A stretch of 64,000 nucleotides of DNA from an uncultured Bacteroidales bacterium. GTDB lineage: Bacteria > Bacteroidota > Bacteroidia > Bacteroidales > Bacteroidaceae. Below are positions 39,495-48,981 of the stretch, piece by piece; the first letter of the stretch is position 1; every line of letters starts with the position of its first letter. The DNA lies in assembly GCA_937900095.1 (NCBI GenBank), contig CALCEC010000081.1, forward strand, positions 6,706-70,705, given 5' to 3'. Made by a program: the position numbers and the translations under genes. The notes under the pieces are model-generated. The model was given only the letters and a program-made list of their open reading frames with translations, ran no database searches and had not been told where the DNA came from.

Positions 39495-40058
39495 ATGAAG
39501 AACATTAAGGCGAAAATAGTCGAATATTACCCGATGAGTGATGAGGCCCTTGAGGCTATGCTCGGGAGCATGACACCCATGCAGTGCCCAAAGAACACCA
39601 TGCTGGTGCGTTCGGGTATCACCGACAGGAATGTCTACTTCATTGAAGAAGGCGTGACCCGTTCCATTTTCCACAAGGACGGCACAGACACCACCACATG
39701 GTTCAGCATGGAAGGTGACACCACCTTCGGGATGCACTCGCTCTATCACAGCGAGCCGTCGGTGGAGAGCGTAGAGACACTTACCGACTGCCTCATATAC
39801 AAGATTCCCATTGAAAAGCTGAACTCCCTTTATGAGAAATATATTGACATTGCCAACTGGGGAAGAGTCATTCATCAGGAGTGCAATATACTGTTGAGCC
39901 ACCTGTTTGTCGAGAGGTTGCAGCTGCCGCCAAAAGAGCGTTACCGCAAGTTCCTTGAGCACTACCCCGGGCTATTGAACAGGGTAAAGCTCAAGCATAT
40001 TGCAGAGTTCCTTGGAATAAGTATATACACACTTAGCAGAATAAGACGGGAAAAGTGA
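39495..40058 (+). CDS. Crp/Fnr family transcriptional regulator
   Basis: cNMP-binding beta-roll followed by the HTH LKHIAEFLGISIYTLSRIRRE. Start set at ATG 39495. Confidence 0.8.
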   Translation: MKNIKAKIVEYYPMSDEALEAMLGSMTPMQCPKNTMLVRSGITDRNVYFIEEGVTRSIFHKDGTDTTTWFSMEGDTTFGMHSLYHSEPSVESVETLTDCLIYKIPIEKLNSLYEKYIDIANWGRVIHQECNILLSHLFVERLQLPPKERYRKFLEHYPGLLNRVKLKHIAEFLGISIYTLSRIRREK

Positions 40059-40143
40059 TTTTTTGCCTAAAAGCAAAAAAAACAACAATAATATCAACTA
40101 CTTTTGCCATTCAATACGAGTTTCAGGAAAAACAGACACAAAA

Positions 40144-41313
40144 ATGCAAAAAAACACATTTTCATCGGCAAATTTTGCCGACACAAAACCACACTACGAA
40201 CTGCTTGACGGGTTGCGCGGTGTAGCGGCCATACTGGTACTTTTCTACCACATCTTCGAGGGGTTCTCATTTGCCGAAGTGACAAACGGTGCAGGAGACG
40301 GAATCATACGCACCCTTAACCACGGACACATTGCAGTGGACTTCTTCTTTATCCTTTCGGGCTTTGTAATAAGCTATGCCTACGATGACCGTTGGAACAA
40401 GATGAGTACCTGGCAGTTCTTCAAGCGCCGCCTCATCCGCCTGCATCCCATGCTAATTATGGGTGCAATAATCGGTTTTCTGGCATTCGCCTTTGTAGGG
40501 TTCGAGCGTTGGGACGGCAGCACAACGCCTACAGGATGGGTTATGACAGCACTGTTGCTTACTATGTTCATGATACCGGCAGTACCGGGGGTACCATACG
40601 AGGTACGCGGCAACGGCGAGATGTTCCCGCTCAACGGCCCGGGCTGGTCACTCTTCTTCGAGTACATAGGCAATATCCTCTATGCACTTTTCATACGCCG
40701 CATGTCGACAAAGATACTCGCAGCGTTCACAGTGCTCCTTGGCATAGCACACGCCTGGTTCTTCATCTGGAACGTATCGGGATATGACATGGTGGGTGTG
40801 GGCTGGACCATCGACGAGGTCAACTTCTGGGGCGGACTGGTGCGCATGCTTTTCCCGCTGAGTATGGGTATGCTGCTTGCACGTACCTTCAAGCCACGTA
40901 AGATAAAGGGCGCGTTCTACATTTGCAGCATTGCACTTGTTGTACTGTTCGCTGTGCCTTATATTGCATCAACAGGCAACATAAGCATGAACAGCCTGTA
41001 TGAGTATGTATGCATCGCTGCACTGTTCCCGCTGATTGTGTGGATAGGCGCATGCGGCGAGGGCGGTACAGGATTCACAGCCAAAGCCAACAGGATTCTG
41101 GGCGATATCTCTTACCCCCTCTACATTGTACACTACCCCATAATGTACATTTTCTACGCATGGCTCATTGAGAAAGAGTTTTACACATTGCAGGATTGCG
41201 TGGGCGTAGCAGCTTTGGTTGTTATATCAAGCATTCTGCTCGCTTACCTGTGCCTCAAGCTCTACGACGAGCCTGTACGCCGCTGGCTCAGCAGGAAGTT
41301 CATAAAAAGATAA
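40144..41313 (+). CDS. acyltransferase family 3 membrane protein
   Basis: LDGLRGVAAILVLFYH signature and about 10 TM helices. Start set at ATG 40144. Confidence 0.85.
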   Translation: MQKNTFSSANFADTKPHYELLDGLRGVAAILVLFYHIFEGFSFAEVTNGAGDGIIRTLNHGHIAVDFFFILSGFVISYAYDDRWNKMSTWQFFKRRLIRLHPMLIMGAIIGFLAFAFVGFERWDGSTTPTGWVMTALLLTMFMIPAVPGVPYEVRGNGEMFPLNGPGWSLFFEYIGNILYALFIRRMSTKILAAFTVLLGIAHAWFFIWNVSGYDMVGVGWTIDEVNFWGGLVRMLFPLSMGMLLARTFKPRKIKGAFYICSIALVVLFAVPYIASTGNISMNSLYEYVCIAALFPLIVWIGACGEGGTGFTAKANRILGDISYPLYIVHYPIMYIFYAWLIEKEFYTLQDCVGVAALVVISSILLAYLCLKLYDEPVRRWLSRKFIKR

Positions 41314-41330
41314 TTGAAACAACCTCATAA

Positions 41331-41362
41331 CAATGCAGGCACCCGTGTGAGTGCCTGCATTG
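41331..41362 (+). terminator. rho-independent terminator
   Basis: caatgcaggcac / gtgcctgcattg stem with an 8-nt loop, followed by ttattt. Confidence 0.7.
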
Positions 41363-41430
41363 TTATTTATAATTAAATTAATCTTTTATAGTAAAATTTT
41401 CCTTATCTTCGCGCCAAAATAGACAAAACC

Positions 41431-42186
41431 ATGAAAATTGCACTTATAGGATACGGAAAGATGGGCAAGACCATAGAGAAGATTGCCCTTGAGAGAGGAC
41501 ACGAGATTGTATCAATCATCGACATTGACAACCGCGAGGATTTCGGCAGCGATGCATTCAAAAGTGCCGATGTAGCAATCGAGTTCACAGCACCGACAGT
41601 AGCCTTCGACAACTGCATGAAGGCCATGGATGCAGGAGTAAAGGTTGTCAGCGGCAGTACAGGCTGGTTCCAGCAGCACGAAGCGGAAATGCGCAGCAGA
41701 TGCGAGAACGAGGGCAAGACTCTCTTCTGGAGCAGCAACTTCAGCCTTGGTGTAGCAATATTCTCGGCAGTGAACCGCTACCTTGCAAAGATTATGAACG
41801 GCTTCGGCAACTACAGCGTGCAGATGGAGGAGACACACCACATACACAAGCTCGACGCCCCCAGCGGCACAGCCATCACACTGGCCGAAGGCATCATTGC
41901 CAACATAGACCGCAAGGAGCGCTGGATAATGGGCGACCTCACCAATCCCGACGGCAGCGTGACCAAAGGCAACACACCCCAGGCCAACGAACTGAAGATT
42001 GACGCCATACGCCGCGATGAGGTTCCCGGCATACACAGCATCACCTACAATTCAGAGGCCGACACAATAACCATCACCCACGATGCACACAACCGCAGCG
42101 GCTTTGCCCTAGGCGCAGTGATTGCGGCAGAGTATGCAAAGGAGCACAGCGGCATGTTGGGGATGAAGGACCTTATCAATTTCTGA
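41431..42186 (+). CDS. dapB: 4-hydroxy-tetrahydrodipicolinate reductase
   Basis: MKIALIGYGKMGK NAD-binding site and the EETHHIHKLDAPSGTA signature. Confidence 0.9.
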   Translation: MKIALIGYGKMGKTIEKIALERGHEIVSIIDIDNREDFGSDAFKSADVAIEFTAPTVAFDNCMKAMDAGVKVVSGSTGWFQQHEAEMRSRCENEGKTLFWSSNFSLGVAIFSAVNRYLAKIMNGFGNYSVQMEETHHIHKLDAPSGTAITLAEGIIANIDRKERWIMGDLTNPDGSVTKGNTPQANELKIDAIRRDEVPGIHSITYNSEADTITITHDAHNRSGFALGAVIAAEYAKEHSGMLGMKDLINF

Positions 42187-42211
42187 TTTGATTACCAAAC
42201 AAAAACAATAA

Positions 42212-43678
42212 ATGATGGAATTCAATATATTCGGCCGCGAGGTAAAGCTCACTACCGCGTCACTTGTAAAGATGACCATAGCGCTTGTGCTCTACATTCT
42301 GTTCCTCTTTTGGGTAAAGAGCTGGCTTGGTATCATTGTCATACCGTTCATCATAGACAACTACACCACCCGTTTCATCCCTTGGGGCTGGTGGAAAAAG
42401 TCGGAGAACCAGACACTGAAGAAGGTTATGAGCTGGGTAGACGCCATAGTGTTCGCCCTTGTTGCGGTATACTTTGTACACATCTACTTTTTCCAGAACT
42501 ATGTCATCCCCACATCATCGCTCGAGAAGAGCCTGCTCGTGGGCGACTACCTGTTCGTGAGCAAGGTGAACTACGGCCCGCGCAAGCCACAGACACCGCT
42601 GAGCCTGCCTCTGGTGCAGCACACCATGCCAATCTTCGGCTGCAAGAGCTACACCGACCTTATACAATGGGACTATGAGCGCGTACAGGGTCTTGAGGAG
42701 ATTGAGAGAAACGACATTGTAGTGTTCAACTACCCGGCAGGAGACATTGCCACAACCAACCCCGGTGTAATAGACTTCCACGGACTCTGTTATGCCTACG
42801 GCAAGCAGGAGCTTGGAGAGCTATACCCCATAACCGACACAACCCCAGCCGAGGAGGCAAGAGAGATATACGGGAAATACTACAATGCGGGAAAGATGAT
42901 TATCGAGGAGCACCCCATGGAGCTCGGCGAGATTCTTGACCGCCCTGTCGACCGCCGCGAGAACTATGTGAAACGTTGCATAGGCCTCCCAGGCAACACA
43001 CTTGAGATTAAGGACAAGGTGGTTTACATTGACGGCGAGCCCCTTGCACAGCCCAAGAACGTACAGTTCAACTACAGCATAAAGTTCCGCCAGAGCATAC
43101 CCGAGAAGCTGCGCCATGAGCTTGGCATAAGCAAGGAGGACCTACAGAATTTCCGTCTCTACGGCAATGGCGGAGGCTTTGGGGAACTTCCGTTGACATA
43201 CGCCAACTATGAGGAGCTGAAGAACAACAGCAAGCTTGTAGAGAGCATCAGCATCGTCAACAGGGATGACACCGACGGCATCTATCCCCTCAACGGCAAC
43301 ACAGGATGGACACTCGACAACTACGGCCCCGTGTGGATTCCAAAAAGAGGCGAGAGCATTGAGCTGACACCGGAGAACATTGCCATATACGAGCGCCCCA
43401 TAGTGGCATACGAGGGCAACACCCTCGATGTAAAGGACGACAAGATATTCATCAACGGCAAGGAGTGCAGCAGCTACACCTTCAGGATGGACTACTACTG
43501 GATGATGGGCGACAACCGTCACAACAGCGCCGACTCACGCTGCTGGGGCTTCGTGCCCGAGGACCACATTGTGGGCAAGGCACTCTTCGTATGGCTCTCG
43601 CTTGACAAGGACCGCGGACTGTTCGACGGCAAGATACGCTGGAACCGTATTTTCCGAAGTGTAAACAGTTTTGATTAA
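42212..43678 (+). CDS. lepB: signal peptidase I (long Bacteroidetes type)
   Basis: SSLEKSLLVGDYLFVSK (Ser box), YVKRCIGLPGNTLE (Lys box) and GDNRHNSADSR. Confidence 0.9.
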   Translation: MMEFNIFGREVKLTTASLVKMTIALVLYILFLFWVKSWLGIIVIPFIIDNYTTRFIPWGWWKKSENQTLKKVMSWVDAIVFALVAVYFVHIYFFQNYVIPTSSLEKSLLVGDYLFVSKVNYGPRKPQTPLSLPLVQHTMPIFGCKSYTDLIQWDYERVQGLEEIERNDIVVFNYPAGDIATTNPGVIDFHGLCYAYGKQELGELYPITDTTPAEEAREIYGKYYNAGKMIIEEHPMELGEILDRPVDRRENYVKRCIGLPGNTLEIKDKVVYIDGEPLAQPKNVQFNYSIKFRQSIPEKLRHELGISKEDLQNFRLYGNGGGFGELPLTYANYEELKNNSKLVESISIVNRDDTDGIYPLNGNTGWTLDNYGPVWIPKRGESIELTPENIAIYERPIVAYEGNTLDVKDDKIFINGKECSSYTFRMDYYWMMGDNRHNSADSRCWGFVPEDHIVGKALFVWLSLDKDRGLFDGKIRWNRIFRSVNSFD

Positions 43679-43690
43679 TATAAGAAAACC

Positions 43691-44308
43691 GTGAAAATCA
43701 TATCACACCCCTTATACCTTGCGCCCGTTCCGCTCTACACAAAGCTGTACAGCGGGACGGCGCTTGTCATTGATGCACAGTCACCGTTCGTCAAGCAGAC
43801 ATTCAGGAGCCGTGCCGTCATTGCCACCGAGAGCGGCACACAAAGCCTCAACATCCCCGTGGTACACGACGGCGGCAGGACCGCCATGCGCGACGTACGC
43901 ATCAGCGAGCACGGCAACTGGCGTCACCAGCACTGGAACGCCTTAGTGAGCGCCTACCGCAAGAGCCCTTTCTTTGAGTACTATGCCGATGACTTCGCGC
44001 ACTTCTACGAGGAGCGTGACGGTTTTCTGTTGGACTTCAACCTGCGCCTGCACAATGTGATATGCGAGCTGCTGGGACTGGAAAGGGAGGTAACCGTAAT
44101 TACCGAGGGAAACATTGATACAGTGGACGCATGCGACCTGCGCCACATTGCAGAGCCAAAGGCTCTGAAAGCCCTCACAGAGCAACCGCAGCCATACTAC
44201 CAGGTATTCGCCCGGCGCAACGGTTTCATCCCCAACCTGAGCGTTTTGGACCTGCTTTTCAACATGGGCCCCGAAGGACTCATAACATTAAGGGAGAGTT
44301 GTTTGTAA
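43691..44308 (+). CDS. WbqC family protein
   Basis: 205 aa with a GTG start. The conserved dapB-lepB-wbqC-like synteny and the FFEYYADDF segment are recalled from Bacteroides. Confidence 0.65.
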   Translation: MKIISHPLYLAPVPLYTKLYSGTALVIDAQSPFVKQTFRSRAVIATESGTQSLNIPVVHDGGRTAMRDVRISEHGNWRHQHWNALVSAYRKSPFFEYYADDFAHFYEERDGFLLDFNLRLHNVICELLGLEREVTVITEGNIDTVDACDLRHIAEPKALKALTEQPQPYYQVFARRNGFIPNLSVLDLLFNMGPEGLITLRESCL

Positions 44309-44322
44309 CAATATAAAACAGC

Positions 44323-44357
44323 AAAGAAAGGAAATACTCGATGTATTTCCTTTCTTT
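44323..44357. terminator. bidirectional stem-loop
   Basis: aaagaaaggaaata / tatttcctttcttt 14-bp stem with a 7-nt loop, between convergent genes. Confidence 0.7.
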
Positions 44358-44377
44358 GTAATAAGCAATTGGTTTCC

Positions 44378-44767
44378 TTACTTCTTATTATTAATCTTCA
44401 ACTCAATAATAAAGGCTATAATCAACCCAAGACCACCGAACAGAAGCACACACGAACCGTATATAGCACTTTTTATCTGATGCGAACTCTCCACAAAGTC
44501 TGCGAAATTATAGTGAACGGCAAAGGCAACCAGTAAACCAATTCCAAGCCCCATAAACAGACAACCGAACTTCAATGCCGAAGAAGAGAGCTTAGGGATA
44601 TATGTTGAGAAATCGATTTTTCCGCTCAAAATATCGGGGGTAAGTTTATCCCCAATCTTGTCAATTATTGTCAGGCGTTCCTTTTTACGCACAAAAAGTT
44701 CAAACAACTTATAAATACCCAAAGTGATAATACCAATAACGGCAGGAACCATAATAAAATCCATCAT
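44378..44767 (-). CDS. small membrane protein (DUF6249-like)
   Basis: Three to four TM helices. Divergent from the ECF sigma gene and preceded by an ECF-type promoter motif. Confidence 0.55.
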   Translation of the reverse strand: MMDFIMVPAVIGIITLGIYKLFELFVRKKERLTIIDKIGDKLTPDILSGKIDFSTYIPKLSSSALKFGCLFMGLGIGLLVAFAVHYNFADFVESSHQIKSAIYGSCVLLFGGLGLIIAFIIELKINNKK

Positions 44768-44811
44768 AATTATTTAAATTTAAAGGTTAACAATTCATTC
44801 CTTACACCCTT

Positions 44812-44839
44812 TAGACGCAACAATTCCCGAACGGTTACA
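44812..44839 (-). promoter_or_regulatory. ECF-type promoter candidate TGTAAC-N16-CGTCTA (minus strand)
   Basis: The reverse complement of 44812-44839 reads tgtaac cgttcgggaattgttg cgtcta. It lies about 45 nt upstream of ATG 44767. Confidence 0.45.
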
Positions 44840-44865
44840 TTTTTCTTATATTTTTTTGGAAATTT

Positions 44866-44893
44866 TGTAACCGGAACGCCTTTTCTGCGTCTA
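44866..44893 (+). promoter_or_regulatory. ECF-type promoter candidate TGTAAC-N16-CGTCTA (plus strand)
   Basis: tgtaac cggaacgccttttctg cgtcta. The hexamer ends 8 nt before the sigma ATG at 44902. Confidence 0.45.
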
Positions 44894-44901
44894 TTAGATA
44901 G

Positions 44902-45444
44902 ATGAAGCACGACGATATACATATAATAAAGGAGATTCTCGGCGGAAAAAGCGAACAGTTCGAGCATATCCTCAACAGATACAGCGGGCAGGTATTCAAC
45001 CTCATTGCCCATATTGTCCCGTGCAAGGAAGATGCAGAGGAACTGACACAGGATGTATTCATCAAGGTGTTCCGGCTACTATCCTCATTCAAGGAAGAGA
45101 GCAGTTTCTCGACCTGGATATACCGCATTGCAACCAATACCGCACTCTCGGCCGCACGCAAGAGAAAGCACGACACGCTTCACCTGGACGATGCCGCATA
45201 TTCAAACATCCCGGACGATATTATCGACGAGGCGCTGGACAACGACAGTGAAGAACAGCTGCAAAGACTGTCCGATGCCATTGAGATGCTCAACGCCGAT
45301 GAGCGTGCCTTGATAACCCTTTATTATATGAATGAGAAGCCTGTTGCCGAGGTGGCCTCGATACTGGGACTTACAGTAAGCAATGTGAAGATAAAGCTAC
45401 TACGCACAAGGAAAAAGTTATACCTCATAATGAATGACTTATGA
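44902..45444 (+). CDS. ECF-type RNA polymerase sigma-70 factor
   Basis: Region 2 (AEELTQDVFIKVF...FSTWIYRIATNTAL) and region 4 (ERALITLYYMNEKPVAEVASILGLTVSNVKIKLLRTRKKL). Confidence 0.85.
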   Translation: MKHDDIHIIKEILGGKSEQFEHILNRYSGQVFNLIAHIVPCKEDAEELTQDVFIKVFRLLSSFKEESSFSTWIYRIATNTALSAARKRKHDTLHLDDAAYSNIPDDIIDEALDNDSEEQLQRLSDAIEMLNADERALITLYYMNEKPVAEVASILGLTVSNVKIKLLRTRKKLYLIMNDL

Positions 45445-45812
45445 AACAGGAAGCAAAAGACCGAGGCTTGAAGAAGGCATTGGGCAGCAAAAACAGTGCA
45501 CTGCCTTCAAATTTCACCTTCTGCACAATGCGGAAAGTTGAAGAGTATATACGCACAAGAGAAAAGAGAGCAGAGAAACAGATGTTCTACTCCATTGTTG
45601 CCGTATCGGCAGCCCTGTCTGCCGTTCTTGGGATTATTGTGGATCATTTCTACGGAGAAGAGCTGAAAAGGATGTTCTCGAACATTACAGACACGTTCCT
45701 GCAACTCGACATCTTTGCAACACCCTACATACTATTTGCAATAATACTCATTCTTCTTATCCTGTTCGACCATTGGATGAGAAGCAGCTATTACAAACAG
45801 CACAAAGAATGA
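45441..45812 (+). CDS. putative anti-sigma/membrane protein
   Basis: ATGA start/stop overlap with the sigma gene. Two TM helices and no recognisable domain. Confidence 0.45.
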   Translation: MKQEAKDRGLKKALGSKNSALPSNFTFCTMRKVEEYIRTREKRAEKQMFYSIVAVSAALSAVLGIIVDHFYGEELKRMFSNITDTFLQLDIFATPYILFAIILILLILFDHWMRSSYYKQHKE

Positions 45813-45852
45813 CAGCCCATATTACATTGAATCGGGCTCTTATGTTCTTGAG

Positions 45853-47571
45853 CTACATCTGTTTTATCCTAGTATCAATGTTGATGGTATCTTTTATTCG
45901 TTTGATTCTGTCAAATACGGTCTGACGTGGATAATCGGTTAAATTGACTATTTGTGGAGCAGACATACCAATCTTCAGAAGATAGCATACTCTTAATACA
46001 GGTTCACTAATTCTTTTGAATCTAGCTTGTACCTCATATGTAAATTCCGGATACAGCTTGTCTATAGCCCCAAGTAATTCTTTCCATTCCTCATCGTTAA
46101 GGCGATATTTGCCTTTAGAGGCTTTTTTCACTTTTTCTATAATATCATTGGCATTATTGGAAATATTACTCATTAATGTGAGTTTTGTCAACTCTCTATT
46201 CTGTGCAATCAGCATGCTGAAATCACTCTCAGCATCTTCCAGCTGTTTTGCAAGTCTGGATTTGGCTTTGCTTATTGATTCCAATTCTTTTTCTTTCTGA
46301 ATAACACACTTCTTTTCTTTCTCAAGTTCTTCTTCCTTATCTTGTAGATAAAGTTTGATTTCTTTGATGTTATCATCCTTTTCAAGAATAGTATCGAGCA
46401 AATGCTTTTTCTGGATATAATGATAAACCGTGATGACAAATATTATAATGACGAATGTTGAGAATCCAAATAAAAGATAGAATCTATCATTTGCAGCTTT
46501 CTCATTAGTTACAATTTCCTCCTCTTTGTCACGTTGATACTGAAAGAAATTATTGGCATTCGTAGTATATTCAAAGTTTCTTTTATCAATTACTGCTTCA
46601 TTGGCATCAATGAATTTGATTGCATATTCTGTGGCTCTGTCAAGCATCCCTTTTGAAGTATAATATCTTGTAAGCCATCGTGAGGCATCATATCTGGATT
46701 CTATGTTATCCGCGGTTCTATACAGTTCCGCCATAACTGTTGCTGCACTATCAACAGACACACAACGCTCATAATATATAGCCACATTCACTAAATAATT
46801 TGATGGCATCTCTTTATAGGGGTTATCCTTTAGCTTATGATAACATAAAGATGCTTCTTCTTTATACCCCAGTACAGCATAATCCCCCATAGCTTTTGCC
46901 AGTATATCGCAATTGTTGCCGGTTATTCTATCCAAACTTCTTAAAATGTGATCATAATATTTTACAGTATTGAGTGTGTCATTGACTTTAAAATAGCAAC
47001 TTGCGACATTCGCATATGTTCTTTCATCTATTGTCCCGTTTGCTTCCGCTACATTCAATTGCTTGAGAGATGCATCAAGAGCCTCCGAGTAATTGAACAT
47101 TTTATATAAATATGATAATTGGGAGTATGCGTTTTCCCACAATGCTATATCTACATATTCGTTTGTCTCTGCAATTCCTACAGATTTCAAGAAGTATGTT
47201 ATAGCTTGAGGGTAATCATTAAGGTCGCGGTATACACTGCCCATATAATAATATGATTCTTGTATATCCTTTGCAGTACCATTCTTTTCAAAATAGTTGC
47301 ATACCTCCTTAATAACTTCAGAAGAGGTGTGCGATATAAATGCTTTGTCACGTAGTCTGATGTCAAGTAATGATATTTTGTTTTGCACATAATCGGACCT
47401 GTCCTTTAATAATGGTCTTATAGAGTCCAACTGTTCCATTGCAATTAGGGGCAATGTGTCACCCATCGCTTTTATCTCGTCCAATCTGTTTATAAGTACA
47501 TCTTTATTATGTATCGTGCATGACGTGATAAGCAAAACTACAATAATTGTAAATTTTAAAAAGTACTTCAT
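45853..47571 (-). CDS. TPR-repeat, single-pass transmembrane protein with cytoplasmic coiled coil and C-terminal HTH-like domain
   Basis: Lipoprotein-type signal (LLITSC), TPR-like helical repeats and TM helix FYLLFGFSTFVIIIFVITVYHYI. Glu/Lys-rich coiled coil. The C-terminus RVCYLLKIGMSAPQIVNLTDYPRQTVFDRIKRIKD resembles an HTH. Possibly DUF6377-type. Confidence 0.6.
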   Translation of the reverse strand: MKYFLKFTIIVVLLITSCTIHNKDVLINRLDEIKAMGDTLPLIAMEQLDSIRPLLKDRSDYVQNKISLLDIRLRDKAFISHTSSEVIKEVCNYFEKNGTAKDIQESYYYMGSVYRDLNDYPQAITYFLKSVGIAETNEYVDIALWENAYSQLSYLYKMFNYSEALDASLKQLNVAEANGTIDERTYANVASCYFKVNDTLNTVKYYDHILRSLDRITGNNCDILAKAMGDYAVLGYKEEASLCYHKLKDNPYKEMPSNYLVNVAIYYERCVSVDSAATVMAELYRTADNIESRYDASRWLTRYYTSKGMLDRATEYAIKFIDANEAVIDKRNFEYTTNANNFFQYQRDKEEEIVTNEKAANDRFYLLFGFSTFVIIIFVITVYHYIQKKHLLDTILEKDDNIKEIKLYLQDKEEELEKEKKCVIQKEKELESISKAKSRLAKQLEDAESDFSMLIAQNRELTKLTLMSNISNNANDIIEKVKKASKGKYRLNDEEWKELLGAIDKLYPEFTYEVQARFKRISEPVLRVCYLLKIGMSAPQIVNLTDYPRQTVFDRIKRIKDTINIDTRIKQM

Positions 47572-47797
47572 ATAATTTATGCTTTGTGTTGATGGAACAA
47601 AAGTAGCTCAAAGTAACGGGTTAAATATGGGTTTGTTGTCCGAACATGTCCGATATTGCATTTTTTTATTATTAATGCTTAAGAAACATTCGTGCCAACA
47701 TATTGAAAATCTGCATATAAAAACAGAGACGGTGATTATTCTTAATTATTCGGGCAATGTCGGACACGATTTTCTTTGGGGCTAACTGATACAGCTC

Positions 47798-47805
47798 TAC
47801 ATTTG
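47798..47805 (+). promoter_or_regulatory. -7 box (TAcaTTTG) upstream of the hydrolase gene
   Basis: tacatttg lies 54 nt upstream of ATG 47859. Confidence 0.4.
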
Positions 47806-47858
47806 CAAAAAACAAAAAAGCAAAAAGTTATGGAGAATACTATTTATAAACACAGCAT

Positions 47859-48926
47859 ATGAGAAAGTTATTTGTAACATTTTTTATAACAGTCCAAACC
47901 TTGTCTTTTGCCAACAATCCGAAGGATACATTGTTTGTTACAGAACCTTTTGCTTTTGAAGTGAAGGGAGATCTAAAGCTGGAAGGGACTTTGACTCTAC
48001 CGGAAAAGTTTACTGATTGTACTAAAATAGCAATACTTGCTGCTCCTCCTGTTCCGGCAGAAAAGGATTACGGAGGTCTGTTCCTAAGTTTGGCAGAACA
48101 TCTTGGCAAACGTGGTATTGCCACATTGCGTTTCAACAACCGTGCATTTACGGATAGTACTTCGGCTGAAGCCAATGAAATGATTACGATGTATGATCAT
48201 GCTGATGATTTACACAATGCTTTCTTGGCCATAAAGAAAAACAAACGTTTTTTGAATAATCCTATTGGCCTGATAGGGCATAGCGAAGGAGGAAGCAGTT
48301 CCATTATAGAAGCCTCACGTAATAAGGATATCAACTTCCTTATTACATTGTCAACCTGCGGTATTGATGGAGCTGATTTCTGTTATTGGCAAAGTACTCT
48401 GTATTTCAGCTATCCCAATATGTATCCAACCAATGTCAGGAATCATATTGTTAGGGATATCTACGAAAGAACACAGATTGTAAAATCATTGAATGACAGC
48501 GCAGAAATTAATGCCGCTTTAAGATGTCAAATAAAAGAGAGTGCTGTTCGTGCCGGAGTTGAATATACTGATGAACAGATTGAAAAGAACTTGAAACAAT
48601 GGACAATACCGAGGATCATTGCTTTTATCAAATATACACCTGAAAAATACCTGTCCCAAATAAGTTGCCCTGTATTTGCAGCGCATGGAATGACGGATGG
48701 TAATTTGGAATGGAAAACGAACTTAGATGGTATTGAGCAAGCATTTATCAAAAGCGGTAAAAGCAATTATAGAATTGTCGCATTTCAAGATACAAACCAC
48801 TCATACCAACATTCGCAGATGACTATACCATTTTTCATTTCATTAAGTCACAAAAAAGGACACAAACCTGTATTTATAGAGAAGAATTGGGATATGATTG
48901 CGGATTGGTTGATAAACAACTACTAA
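47859..48926 (+). CDS. secreted alpha/beta hydrolase
   Basis: Signal peptide and nucleophile elbow GHSEGG. His lies near the C-terminus (DTNHSY). Confidence 0.7.
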   Translation: MRKLFVTFFITVQTLSFANNPKDTLFVTEPFAFEVKGDLKLEGTLTLPEKFTDCTKIAILAAPPVPAEKDYGGLFLSLAEHLGKRGIATLRFNNRAFTDSTSAEANEMITMYDHADDLHNAFLAIKKNKRFLNNPIGLIGHSEGGSSSIIEASRNKDINFLITLSTCGIDGADFCYWQSTLYFSYPNMYPTNVRNHIVRDIYERTQIVKSLNDSAEINAALRCQIKESAVRAGVEYTDEQIEKNLKQWTIPRIIAFIKYTPEKYLSQISCPVFAAHGMTDGNLEWKTNLDGIEQAFIKSGKSNYRIVAFQDTNHSYQHSQMTIPFFISLSHKKGHKPVFIEKNWDMIADWLINNY

Positions 48927-48930
48927 ATAT

Positions 48931-48958
48931 AAAAGGTCGCACGTTTGTGCGACCTTTT
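48931..48958. terminator. bidirectional stem-loop
   Basis: aaaaggtcgcac / gtgcgacctttt with a 4-nt loop, between the convergent hydrolase and sdhB genes. Confidence 0.75.
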
Positions 48959-48981
48959 ATATTTAAAGCAGGTTATTATTA

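Noticed and set aside
39378-39962. 194-aa ORF on the - strand
   Set aside because: Antisense to the Crp/Fnr regulator, whose cNMP-binding and HTH parts are readable.
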